A DNA stretch of 46,638 nt from Burkholderiaceae bacterium (GCA_049422085.1 JBMSOD010000001.1:1-46638), one strand, 5' to 3'. Shown: positions 38,754-46,638, counted from the stretch's first letter. The notes: generated from the letters alone by a model not told the origin. Numbers and translations are program-made.

Positions 38754-39529
38754 ATGGCGCTGTCGTGGGTGACCCTGCAATGAACACCGCTGCACCGAAC
38801 ACCGCTGCATCGAACACCACTCCGATGATCGAGGTGCGCGATCTGAGTGTGGCCTATGGCGATGCGATCGCGCTCGATGCAGTGTCGATCGATGTCCGTG
38901 CGCATGAAATCGTGGCCATTGTGGGAGCCAACGGGGCGGGCAAGACCACCCTGATCCGGACCATTGCGGGCATTCTTGCGCCGCGCTCGGGTCGCATCCA
39001 CTTCGAGGGCGAGCCGATCACGGGTCTGGGCAGTCACCGGGTCTGCAACCTGGGCATCGGACAGGTTGCTGAAGGACGGCAGGTCTTTCCCACCATGACC
39101 GTGCTCGAGAACCTCGAGATCGGCGGCATGCTGCCGCGCGCGCGGGCCGGTGCCCGCCAGACCCTGGATCGGGTCTTTGCGCTCTACCCCCGGCTCGCCG
39201 AGCGTCGGGGTCAGCTCGCGGGAACCCTCTCCGGTGGGGAACAGCAGATGCTGGCCATCGGCCGCTGCCTGATGGGCGCCCCACGGCTCATCATGTTCGA
39301 TGAGCCCTCTCTCGGTCTGGCCCCTGCCATTGTGAGCGAGGTGCTGGCCACCATCGCCGACCTGCATCGAGAGGGCATCACCATCATCCTGGTCGAGCAG
39401 AATGTCGCCGCTTCGCTCAGGCTCGCCCATCGGGCCTATGTCCTTGAGAACGGCACCGTGGCGCTGCAGGGCAGCGGACAAGACCTGCTGCACGACCCAA
39501 GGGTGCGCGAAGCCTACATGGGGCTCTGA
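38750..39529 (+). CDS. livF: branched-chain amino acid ABC transporter ATP-binding protein (LivF type)
   Basis: ATG 38750 overlaps the livG stop (ATGA) and follows GGAGG. It has Walker A GANGAGKTT, the signature LSGGEQQMLAIGR and Walker B LIMFDEPSLGL. The conserved core begins at MIEVRDL (ATG 38825), so 25 extra N-terminal residues are uncertain. Confidence 0.88.
   Translation: MNGAVVGDPAMNTAAPNTAASNTTPMIEVRDLSVAYGDAIALDAVSIDVRAHEIVAIVGANGAGKTTLIRTIAGILAPRSGRIHFEGEPITGLGSHRVCNLGIGQVAEGRQVFPTMTVLENLEIGGMLPRARAGARQTLDRVFALYPRLAERRGQLAGTLSGGEQQMLAIGRCLMGAPRLIMFDEPSLGLAPAIVSEVLATIADLHREGITIILVEQNVAASLRLAHRAYVLENGTVALQGSGQDLLHDPRVREAYMGL
38782..38820 (+). repeat. 15-bp imperfect tandem repeat (2.6 copies) inside the livF 5' extension
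   Basis: gaacaccgctgcacc (38782-38796), gaacaccgctgcatc (38797-38811) and gaacaccac (38812-38820). These encode NTAAP-NTAAS-NTT. Confidence 0.8.
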
Positions 39530-39592
39530 TCCGATCCGGGTGCCGATCACGGCAGCGGCTGTTATAGTCCCCGGCTGAACCGGAGACGCCTC

Positions 39593-40960
39593 ATGAACGA
39601 CATCGCCCGCTTGCAGGACCTTGCCCGCAGTACTGGCTCCGAGATGCCTTCTGCCGAGCAGATGCAGTCCTTCTGGATGCCCTTTACGGCCAATCGCGAC
39701 TTCAAGTCCGCGCCTCGCCTGCTCGATCGGGCCGAAGGCATGCACTACTGGACTCCCGAGGGCCGACAGATTCTTGATGGCACTGCCGGGCTGTGGTGCG
39801 TCAATGCCGGCCATGCACGGCCACGGATCGTACAGGCCATCCAGCAGCAGGCTGCGAAACTTGATTTCGCACCCACCTTCCAGATGGGTCATCCGCTCGC
39901 CTTCGAGCTGTCCAATCGCCTGATGCAGATCCTGCCCGATGCCTTCGGCCAGGCCTTTTTCTGCAACTCGGGTTCCGAGGCGGTCGATTCGGCCCTCAAG
40001 ATTGCCCTGGCCTACCACCGCATGCGTGGCGAAGGTCAGCGTACCCGCCTGATCGGTCGCGAGCGTGGCTATCACGGTGTGGGCTTCGGTGGCATTTCCG
40101 TGGGTGGTATCGCCGGCAACCGCAAGCATTTCGGCCCGCTGCTGCCCGGGGTCGATCACCTGCCCCATACCCACAACCTCGAGCACAATGCCTTCACCAA
40201 GGGGCAGCCGGCCTGGGGTGCGCATCTGGCCGATGAGCTCGAAAAGATTCTGGCGCTGCACGACCCCTCCACGGTTGCGGCGGTGATCGTCGAGCCGGTG
40301 GCCGGCTCCACCGGTGTGCTGATTCCGCCTGTGGGCTACCTGCAGCGCCTGCGCGAGATCACCAGCAAGCACGGCATCCTGCTCATCTTCGACGAGGTCA
40401 TCACCGGCTTTGGTCGCCTGGGCTCGCCTTTTGCAGCCCAGCACTTCGATGTGATTCCCGATCTCATGACGGTGGCCAAGGGCATCACCAGCGGCACCGT
40501 GCCCATGGGCGCGGTCTTTGCGCGCAAAGGCATCTACGAGGCCTTCATGCAGGGTCCGCAGAAGTCCATCGAACTTTTCCACGGCTACACCTACTCGGCT
40601 CATCCCCTGGCCTGTGCGGCAGCTCTCGCCACGCTCGATGTCTACGAAGAAGAGGGCTTGCTCGGGCGGGCTGCCGAACTCGAGTCGTACTGGGAACAGG
40701 CGGTGCACTCGCTGGCCGACTGTCCGCATGTGATCGATGTCCGCAATATCGGCCTGATCGGCGCGATTGAACTTGCGCCGCGCGATGGCGCCCCCGGGGT
40801 GCGAGCCTATGAGGCCTTCACGCGAGCCTTCCATGAAGAGGGGCTGCTGATCCGGGTGACCGGCGACATCATTGCCCTCTCGCCGCCCCTGATCGTTCAG
40901 AAGGCGCAGATCGACCAGTTGTTCGAGGGGCTGCGTCGCGTGCTTCGCTCGCTGGCCTGA
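39593..40960 (+). CDS. class III PLP aminotransferase, omega-amino acid (beta-alanine):pyruvate transaminase type
   Basis: 455-aa ORF. FWMPFTANRDFK ... LDGTAGLWCVNAGH ... DEVITGFGRLG ... TVAKGITSG (PLP lysine) closely matches my recollection of Pseudomonas omega-amino acid:pyruvate aminotransferase (BauA type). Confidence 0.85.
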   Translation: MNDIARLQDLARSTGSEMPSAEQMQSFWMPFTANRDFKSAPRLLDRAEGMHYWTPEGRQILDGTAGLWCVNAGHARPRIVQAIQQQAAKLDFAPTFQMGHPLAFELSNRLMQILPDAFGQAFFCNSGSEAVDSALKIALAYHRMRGEGQRTRLIGRERGYHGVGFGGISVGGIAGNRKHFGPLLPGVDHLPHTHNLEHNAFTKGQPAWGAHLADELEKILALHDPSTVAAVIVEPVAGSTGVLIPPVGYLQRLREITSKHGILLIFDEVITGFGRLGSPFAAQHFDVIPDLMTVAKGITSGTVPMGAVFARKGIYEAFMQGPQKSIELFHGYTYSAHPLACAAALATLDVYEEEGLLGRAAELESYWEQAVHSLADCPHVIDVRNIGLIGAIELAPRDGAPGVRAYEAFTRAFHEEGLLIRVTGDIIALSPPLIVQKAQIDQLFEGLRRVLRSLA

Positions 40961-41097
40961 GGGCTGACTCAGGGCAATCACGGCGAACCGCGGCTCACCC
41001 CTTGGCCAGGCGCGGACCTTGCCGCCCCTGACCGCTGTTGACCACCTATGATGGGTCCCGACCGGGCTGATGCCGGGTCGCTCCCCAAGGAAACCGA

Positions 41098-41772
41098 ATG
41101 ATCGACAAGACCGTGGCCTCGCTGGCGCAGGCCCTGCACGATGTTGCTGACGGCGCCACCGTGCTGGTGGGTGGCTTTGGCGGCGCCGGCCAGCCGGTGG
41201 AACTGCTCGATGCTCTGGTCGAGCAGGGCGCCAAGGACCTCACCATCGTGGCCAACAATGCCGGCAATGGCGAGACCGGCCTGGCGGGCCTGCTCAAGGC
41301 AGGCCGCGTGCGCAAGCTGATCTGTTCCTTTCCCAGGGCAGCCGATGGGCAGGTGTTCGAGGCCCTGTACAAGGCCGGCAAGGTCGAACTCGAGCTCGTG
41401 CCGCAGGGCAATCTGGCCGAGCGGATCCGCGCAGCGGGTGCCGGCATTGGCGGCTTTTTCACGCCGACCGGCTACGGTACCGATCTGGCCCGCGGTAAGG
41501 AAACCCGTCGGATCGACGGACGGGACTATGTGCTCGAATATCCGATCCGGGCCGACCTGGCACTCATCCGGGCCGACCGAGCCGATCGTTGGGGCAACCT
41601 GACCTTCCGCAAGGCTGCGCGCAACTTCAATCCGGTGATGGCCATGGCGGCGAAGTGCACGATTGCCCAGGCCCGTGAGCTCGTGCCGCTTGGTCAGCTC
41701 GATCCCGAGACCATCGTCACCCCGGGCATCTTCGTGAACCGTGTGGTTCACGTGCCTTCCAGAGCACACTGA
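41098..41772 (+). CDS. scoA: 3-oxoacid CoA-transferase subunit A
   Basis: 224-aa ORF with MIDKTVASLAQAL...GGFGGAGQP, the family I CoA-transferase alpha subunit pattern. Confidence 0.9.
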   Translation: MIDKTVASLAQALHDVADGATVLVGGFGGAGQPVELLDALVEQGAKDLTIVANNAGNGETGLAGLLKAGRVRKLICSFPRAADGQVFEALYKAGKVELELVPQGNLAERIRAAGAGIGGFFTPTGYGTDLARGKETRRIDGRDYVLEYPIRADLALIRADRADRWGNLTFRKAARNFNPVMAMAAKCTIAQARELVPLGQLDPETIVTPGIFVNRVVHVPSRAH

Positions 41773-41782
41773 GGGTTGTCCC

Positions 41783-42427
41783 ATGAGCGTCAAGCGACTC
41801 ACCCGAGATCAGATGGCGGCCCTGGTGGCCCGCGACATCCCCGAAGGCTCGTATGTCAACCTGGGCATCGGCCTGCCCACCCTGGTGGCCAATCATCTGC
41901 CCACCGACCGGGAGGTCTTCCTGCACAGCGAGAACGGCATCCTCGGCATGGGCCCGGCGCCGGCCGAAGGTCAGGAAGACTGGGACCTCGTCAACGCGGG
42001 CAAGCAGCCGGTCACGCTGCTGGTCGGGGGCGCCTATTTTCATCATGCCGACTCCTTCGCCATGATGCGCGGCGGTCATCTCGACATCTGTGTGCTCGGC
42101 GCGTTTCAGGTCTCTGCCACGGGCGATCTGGCCAACTGGCACACCGGAGCACCCGATGCCATGCCTGCGGTGGGCGGCGCCATGGATCTGGCGAATGGCG
42201 CCAAGCGCACCTTCGTCATGATGGAACACACCACCAAGTCGGGCGAACCCAAGATCGTGCCGCAGTGCAGTTATCCGCTCACCGGGGTGGCCTGCGTCAA
42301 GCGCATCTATACCGACCTGGCGGTCATCGATGTCACCCCCGAGGGCCTGGTGGCCCGCGAGTGGGTCGAGGGCTTGAGTTTCGAGGGCCTCGAGGCTCTG
42401 ACAGGAGCCCCGCTGCGTCGACGCTGA
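41783..42427 (+). CDS. scoB: 3-oxoacid CoA-transferase subunit B
   Basis: ATG 41783 (the track starts at 41741) gives 214 aa containing the catalytic-Glu SENG motif (LHSENGILGMGP). Confidence 0.9.
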   Translation: MSVKRLTRDQMAALVARDIPEGSYVNLGIGLPTLVANHLPTDREVFLHSENGILGMGPAPAEGQEDWDLVNAGKQPVTLLVGGAYFHHADSFAMMRGGHLDICVLGAFQVSATGDLANWHTGAPDAMPAVGGAMDLANGAKRTFVMMEHTTKSGEPKIVPQCSYPLTGVACVKRIYTDLAVIDVTPEGLVAREWVEGLSFEGLEALTGAPLRRR

Positions 42428-42545
42428 CGGGTCGGGTTGGCCGACATGTCCCGGCTGCGACCTGATTCCGGATCAGCGTCGTGACGACCCGAATCCCGTT
42501 TTCTAACACCCCCCCAACACTTCAACACTTTTCATGGAGTCAGAC

Positions 42546-42932
42546 ATGTCTGCCGATCCCACCCTTGTTGCCCAGCTCGAAGCCATCGATGCCCGCCGCG
42601 TTGCGGCCACCCTTGCCAAGGACCGCGCCGCTCTCGAAGCGATCTATGCACCCGACTGCCATTACGTGCATTCGTCGGCGACCGATGAAAGCGCCGCACT
42701 GTTCATCGAGCGGGCCTGCACAGGCCACTATGACTACCGCAAGCTCAGCGTGGTCAAGCGCGAGTGGCGTACCTGGGGCGACACGGCCCTGTGCAACGGA
42801 GATGTCGAGATCGAGGTGATGGCCCGCGGCAACCTCAAGGCGTTCAGCAGCCGCTATCTGCAGGTCTGGCGCAAGGATGCCCAGGGCTGGCGTATCGCCT
42901 CCTGGCACTCCGTTCTGATTCCGCAGGCCTGA
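42546..42932 (+). CDS. NTF2-like (SnoaL/DUF4440-type) small protein
   Basis: The track ORF starts at 42534. The GGAG inside its first codons sits 6 nt before ATG 42546, so I prefer 42546 (128 aa). The family call rests on size and an alpha+beta cone-like pattern (…HYVHSS…W…W) only, so it is weak. Confidence 0.55.
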   Translation: MSADPTLVAQLEAIDARRVAATLAKDRAALEAIYAPDCHYVHSSATDESAALFIERACTGHYDYRKLSVVKREWRTWGDTALCNGDVEIEVMARGNLKAFSSRYLQVWRKDAQGWRIASWHSVLIPQA

Positions 42933-42941
42933 GGACCCGTC

Positions 42942-43538
42942 ATGTCCATGATTGATTCGCGGGCCCTGGCTGCCCTGTTCACCGAGGCTCGCACCCAGAA
43001 TGGCTGGACCGACCGTCAGGTGACCGATGAGCAGTTGATGCAGGTCTTCGACCTGATGAAAATGGCGCCCACGTCCATGAACACGCAGCCTGCGCGTTTC
43101 GTGTTCCTGCGCACGCCCCAGGCCAAGGAACGACTGCGCCCCGCGCTCTCCTCGGGCAATGTCGACAAGACCATGAGCGCCCCGGTGGTGGCCATCATTG
43201 GCCATGACACCGACTTTCATGAACACCTGCCCAAGGTGTTTCCGCACAGCCCTGGCGCCAAGGCCATGTTTGACGGTGATGCAAAGCGAGGCTTTCGGGA
43301 GACCTTCGCATTTCGCAACGGCACGCTTCAGGGGGCCTACTTCATGCTCGCAGCCCGTGCGGTCGGTCTTGATGTGGGGCCGATGTCCGGGTTCGACAAT
43401 GCCAAGGTCGACGCGGAGTTCTTCCCGGACGGGCGTGTGAAGTCGAATTTCCTGTGCAATCTTGGTCATGGTGACCCGGCCAAGGTCTTGGAGCGTCTGC
43501 CGCGGTTTGCATTCGACGAGGCCTGCACGCTGCTCTGA
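42942..43538 (+). CDS. rutE: malonic semialdehyde reductase, RutE-family nitroreductase-fold protein
   Basis: 198-aa ORF, collinear with E. coli RutE as I recall it: LFTEARTQNGW, MKMAPTSMNTQPARFVF, KERLRPALSSGN, GLDVGPMSGFD, LPRFAFDEACTLL. Confidence 0.85.
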   Translation: MSMIDSRALAALFTEARTQNGWTDRQVTDEQLMQVFDLMKMAPTSMNTQPARFVFLRTPQAKERLRPALSSGNVDKTMSAPVVAIIGHDTDFHEHLPKVFPHSPGAKAMFDGDAKRGFRETFAFRNGTLQGAYFMLAARAVGLDVGPMSGFDNAKVDAEFFPDGRVKSNFLCNLGHGDPAKVLERLPRFAFDEACTLL

Positions 43539-43548
43539 ACGCGGGCCT

Positions 43549-43577
43549 CTTGAAAGCCTGCGCATGGATCCCATCTT
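43549..43577 (+). promoter_or_regulatory. candidate sigma-32 (RpoH) heat-shock promoter for hsp20
   Basis: CTTGAAA (43549-43555), a 14-nt spacer, then CCCATCTT (43570-43577). Compare the E. coli sigma-32 consensus CTTGAAA-N13-15-CCCCATnT. It lies 46 nt upstream of the hsp20 ATG. Confidence 0.45.
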
Positions 43578-43622
43578 CAGTGCATCGGTGCATGCGCACC
43601 TGTTCACTGCAAGGAGTTTTCC

Positions 43623-44081
43623 ATGGCCCGCGTCTCTCTCTACGATCCGTTTGCTGACGTCTTTCCTGCGCTGTTTCGCAGCGTGCTCACCCCGGTTTAC
43701 AAGGATCGGACCGCACCCGTGACCACCGCAGGCACGGCAGTGCAGTCCTCCCAGGCTGGGGTGCCGATGCGTGCGGATGTCATCGAGACCGCTCAAGGGT
43801 ATGTTGTGCGAGCAGATCTTCCTGGCGTGCCCAAGGAAGCCATCCAGATCGACATCGACGCCAATCGCGTGAATCTGCGTGCCAGTGTTCAGCGGGATCA
43901 GGAGCGCCCCGAGGAAAGGGTGTTGCGTGGCGAGCGTCATGCGGGCGAATACGCACGAAGCTTCGTGTTCACCGAAGAGATTGACGATACCCGTGCGAGT
44001 GCCAAGGTGGAGCACGGTGTGCTTGAACTGGTCCTGCCGCGCAAGACCGGTGTCGGACCGACGCGCCTTACGGTGCAGTAA
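43623..44081 (+). CDS. Hsp20/alpha-crystallin family small heat-shock protein
   Basis: 152-aa ORF with an alpha-crystallin domain (ADLPGVPKEAIQIDIDANRVNLRA ... FVFTEEID ... GVLELVLPRK). AAGGAG lies 6 nt upstream of the ATG. Confidence 0.88.
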   Translation: MARVSLYDPFADVFPALFRSVLTPVYKDRTAPVTTAGTAVQSSQAGVPMRADVIETAQGYVVRADLPGVPKEAIQIDIDANRVNLRASVQRDQERPEERVLRGERHAGEYARSFVFTEEIDDTRASAKVEHGVLELVLPRKTGVGPTRLTVQ

Positions 44082-44889
44082 CCGGGACGGCAATCCAGCG
44101 ACGGCCGTCGGGGTGCGCGAGCATCTCGATGGCCTGCCCGAAAGCTTCGAGAAGATCCTTGTGAAGATGAGGGTCGCCGGGAGCGCGGGCGGGCAAGGCC
44201 TGGCCTTTCTGAACAATCACGATGGCATCCGCACTCAGCGCCAGGTTGAGATCGTGCACCACGCTCAACGCGCAGGCCCCTGCAGCGCATCGTCTGCGTA
44301 GGGCGAGCAGCACCTGACGTTGATGCGGCGGGTCCAGATGCGCGAAGGGCTCATCAAGAAGCATCACGGCAGCCTGAGTGGCAAAGAGGCGGGCGAGCAG
44401 GGCCCGTTGCTGCTCCCCTCCCGAAAGCGAGCCCACCGGACGGTCGGCAAGGGCCTCCAGACCGGTCTCTCTCAGTGCATCGTCGACGGCCGCATGGTCG
44501 ACAGGGCCGGGCGCGCCCAGAAGGCCGAGCCAGGGGGCGCGGCCCAGCAGGGCCACCTGCCGCACGGAGAGTGCACTGCCCAGGCCTGCCGCGTTCTGGC
44601 CTGCTCCACCTGACATCAACCCGCCCTGGGGAAGCCAGGCCATTCGACGGGCGCGTTCAGAGGCGGTCCAGTCGGCCAGACCGCGATCCTGCAGTCTGAC
44701 GCCGGGCGGGCGATCGATGGCCAGATGGCGCAGAAGACTGCTCTTGCCGGCGCCATTGGCACCGACCAGCGCAATCCACTGACCCGGCACAAGAGTGAGC
44801 GAGTCAACGCTGAGCAAGGGCCTGCCTGATTGATCAGGATGGGCCACCCTCAAGTGGTCGATCGTCAGTGCCGGGACAAGGCCTTGCAT
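44068..44889 (-). CDS. ABC transporter ATP-binding protein (iron-siderophore/cobalamin, FecE/BtuD type)
   Basis: The track ORF (374 aa) extends through the permease gene. ATG 44889 overlaps the permease stop (ATGA) and gives 273 aa with Walker A GANGAGKSSLL, the signature LSGGEQQRALLARL and Walker B MLLDEPFAHLD. Confidence 0.85.
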   Translation of the reverse strand: MQGLVPALTIDHLRVAHPDQSGRPLLSVDSLTLVPGQWIALVGANGAGKSSLLRHLAIDRPPGVRLQDRGLADWTASERARRMAWLPQGGLMSGGAGQNAAGLGSALSVRQVALLGRAPWLGLLGAPGPVDHAAVDDALRETGLEALADRPVGSLSGGEQQRALLARLFATQAAVMLLDEPFAHLDPPHQRQVLLALRRRCAAGACALSVVHDLNLALSADAIVIVQKGQALPARAPGDPHLHKDLLEAFGQAIEMLAHPDGRRWIAVPVTAP

Positions 44890-45887
44890 CAGAGGCTCCG
44901 CGAGCTGCCCCGTCGCAGCAGGAAGAGCAGGTATCCACCACCCAGCAGGGCTGTTACCAGCCCGATCGGCCACTCCATCGGTGCGGCCAGGCCTCGGCAC
45001 AGCGCATCGGCAATGGCCAGCATGGCGCCACCACAGGCTGCGGCCTGCCACAGCAGGGCCCGGTGATTCGGAGCACCCAGAGTCCGGACCACATGGGCGG
45101 CGGCCAGACCCACGAAGCCCACCAGACCGACCTGAGCAACCGCAGCGCCGGTGACCAGGGCCATCGCGATGATCAGACCCGCCCGACACCATCGCAAGGG
45201 AAGCCCCAGCGTACTTGCTGCCGATTCCCCCAGCGTGAGGGCATCGAGCGCTCTCGCGCAGGGCAGTGCCATCAGCAGCCCGACGACAAGCGCAGCCGCC
45301 AGGACCACCACGGACTGTGGCCCGGTGAATGCGGTGGTGCCAAGCAGGAAGGCCTGCCTGGATCGAAGTACTTCAGGGGCGATGAGGGCCAGCGCCTCTG
45401 CCGCAGCTGCCATCAGCATGCCGACCACCACGCCGCAGAGCAGCAGGACCGGGCCTTCGCGCAGACCACCCGCCAGCACGAGGCTGCACAGCACCCCTGC
45501 AAGCGCGCCCAGAAAGGCGGCCAATGGCAGGTTCAGTCCGTGACTGGCCAGGTCGGCGAAGGGGAGCAGTCCGGCGGCGGCCCAGGCCGAGGTGCCTGAC
45601 AGCCACAGACTCACGGCGAGGTGCGCGCCTGCGGCCGAGCCAAGCAGGTAGGGGTCGGCCAGTGGGTTGCGAAACAGACCCTGAGCAATTGCTCCCGCCA
45701 GGCCCAGGGCTGCGCCCGCCAGCCAGGCGCTCAGGGTGCGGGGCAGGCGCAACTGCAGGATCAATTCGATCTCCGCAGTCCATTGAGACCAGCCCCAGGA
45801 CCAGCCTTCGGCGCCTGCGCTCAGACCCAGCAGCACTCCGATCAGTCCTGCCCCGAACAGCAGCCCCGCAGCACGCACTGCTCTCAT
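44889..45887 (-). CDS. FecCD-family ABC transporter permease (BtuC/FhuB type)
   Basis: 332-aa polytopic ORF with LRLPRTL, NPLADPYLLG and a C-terminal GGGYLLFLL pattern, typical of FecCD permeases. Confidence 0.88.
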   Translation of the reverse strand: MRAVRAAGLLFGAGLIGVLLGLSAGAEGWSWGWSQWTAEIELILQLRLPRTLSAWLAGAALGLAGAIAQGLFRNPLADPYLLGSAAGAHLAVSLWLSGTSAWAAAGLLPFADLASHGLNLPLAAFLGALAGVLCSLVLAGGLREGPVLLLCGVVVGMLMAAAAEALALIAPEVLRSRQAFLLGTTAFTGPQSVVVLAAALVVGLLMALPCARALDALTLGESAASTLGLPLRWCRAGLIIAMALVTGAAVAQVGLVGFVGLAAAHVVRTLGAPNHRALLWQAAACGGAMLAIADALCRGLAAPMEWPIGLVTALLGGGYLLFLLRRGSSRSL

Positions 45888-46638
45888 GGCATTTGCGCCA
45901 GACCCTGGGCCAGAGGAAGAGCGCCCTCACCAAGCCGGGGCCCCGGTCGCATCAGCAGATCGAAGGTGTTCGGGTCGAAACCGCACACCCTGCCTTCGCG
46001 CAGGGCACGCAATTCACGCAGTGCAGGCCGCTGCCGCATGCTCGCAAGGCCTTCACGGCTGGCCACGATCCAGTCGGGATCGGCCTTCAGAACCGCCTCC
46101 GGATTCAGACGGGGAAAGGGCCCCAGCGATGCCGGGATGGCGGATTTCAGACCCACGGACTGCAGCATCTGGCCAACGAAGGAGCCCGCGCTTGCGGCAT
46201 GGGGCACGCTCGAGACTTCCACATAGACGCTCGCATTGCGCCAGCGCGAAGGAATGCGGTTTGAGGCTTCATGCCATCGCTCGCGTACCGCCTGCCAGAC
46301 GGCCTGCCCGCGCGTTGCGTCCAGACCCAGCGCAAGGGCGATCCGCACCATGGCAGCTTCGGCCTGCTCGAGGGTGGCGGGCTCGAGGGCAAGCACCGGG
46401 ACTCCGAATCGTTGCAGGGATTCGCGTCCTCTCCACGACTGCGGTACGAGCACAAGGTCGGGCTTGAGGGCCAGCAGCGCCTCAAGCCGGGGATCCTCCA
46501 GCCCGCCCAGACGCGGCAGGCCCTGCACGCTGGGCGGATGGTTCGAGTGTCGATCGATCCCGACCAGTCGGTCGCAGGCGCCCAGCGCACAGACCGTCTC
46601 GGTGTGCGAGGGCAGCAGGCTGACGATGCGTTGGGGTG
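45884..46638 (-). CDS. class III periplasmic binding protein (BtuF/FecB type), 5' end outside the window
   Basis: The track start (GTG 46528) is internal. The frame stays open to the window edge and reads PQRIVSLLPSHTETVCALGACDRLVGIDRHSNHPPS upstream, the standard N-terminal strand-helix motif of this family. It overlaps the permease start by 4 bp. Confidence 0.8.
   Translation of the reverse strand, partial: PQRIVSLLPSHTETVCALGACDRLVGIDRHSNHPPSVQGLPRLGGLEDPRLEALLALKPDLVLVPQSWRGRESLQRFGVPVLALEPATLEQAEAAMVRIALALGLDATRGQAVWQAVRERWHEASNRIPSRWRNASVYVEVSSVPHAASAGSFVGQMLQSVGLKSAIPASLGPFPRLNPEAVLKADPDWIVASREGLASMRQRPALRELRALREGRVCGFDPNTFDLLMRPGPRLGEGALPLAQGLAQMP

Noticed and set aside
38726-40981. 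751-aa ORF on the minus strand, antisense to livF and the aminotransferase
   Set aside because: It lies exactly opposite two genes with strong family signatures. Its translation is Arg/Gly/Ala/His-rich low-information sequence with no motif. Long stop-free antisense frames are expected in DNA this GC-rich.
40961-41097. 137-bp spacer before scoA containing TATGAT and an imperfect hairpin (cccgaccgg...ccgggtcg); considered as a riboswitch or attenuator
   Set aside because: It is too short and shows no conserved riboswitch core that I recognise. A plain promoter plus leader is the simpler reading.
42515-42530. Tandem 8-mer caacactt-caacactt in the slightly AT-richer spacer upstream of the NTF2-like gene
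   Set aside because: There are only two copies of 8 bp, with no partner site or hairpin. That is too little to call a regulatory element, though it may contribute to a promoter.
26050-42915. TGGCAC hexamers (for example near 26051, 41558 and 42902) checked as sigma-54 -24 elements
   Set aside because: None is followed by TTGC at the required N5 spacing, and all lie inside coding regions.
42540-44216. 558-aa minus-strand ORF spanning the NTF2-like, rutE and hsp20 genes plus their intergenic regions
   Set aside because: It is a shadow ORF opposite three well-supported plus-strand genes. It has no recognisable domain, and its composition is typical of antisense GC-rich frames.

Overview
This is a GC-rich, densely packed chromosomal segment. 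It looks like core genome of a betaproteobacterium, probably Burkholderiales. That placement is inferred from a Bug/TctC binding protein, the mreB/gatC divergent arrangement and overall protein similarity as I recall it; no database search was possible. I support 45 protein-coding genes, two of them truncated by the window edges.

Gene content, left to right:
- A long minus-strand acyl-CoA/leucine catabolic array: acyl-CoA synthetase, DUF1415, mccB, DapB-like, dienelactone hydrolase, acyl-CoA dehydrogenase, SDR, thiolase, aceK and ivd.
- An MBL hydrolase.
- purT with a membrane-fused spermidine-synthase-like gene and a SMUG1-type uracil-DNA glycosylase.
- A cupin / Gfo-Idh-MocA / quinone-oxidoreductase trio.
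- The cell-shape operon mreBCD-mrdA-rodA.
- gatC-gatA-(lipoprotein)-gatB.
- pyrE, xthA, a Bug protein, an M48 protease and ampG.
- A five-gene Liv-type ABC importer, followed by an omega-aminotransferase, scoAB, an NTF2-like protein and a RutE-type malonic semialdehyde reductase.
- hsp20.
- A BtuFCD/FecBCD-type ABC importer.

I found no tRNA, rRNA, CRISPR array, transposase, integrase, phage gene or recognisable transcription-factor gene. No intergenic gap exceeds about 160 bp, and no large ORF is of unknown family. I therefore do not see a convincing novel multi-gene system such as a defence island.

The observations most worth a second look:
- A Cys-rich lipoprotein gene wedged between gatA and gatB.
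- A DapB paralog that has lost the catalytic His-His motif and sits inside the catabolic array.
- aceK embedded between ivd and a thiolase, in an array that has mccB but no mccA.
- gatC apparently starting at CTG.
- A possible reductive beta-alanine / malonic semialdehyde module.
- A bacterial SMUG1 with near-vertebrate motifs.

All family calls come from motifs read in the translations plus recalled family knowledge. No similarity search, fold prediction or statistics were run.
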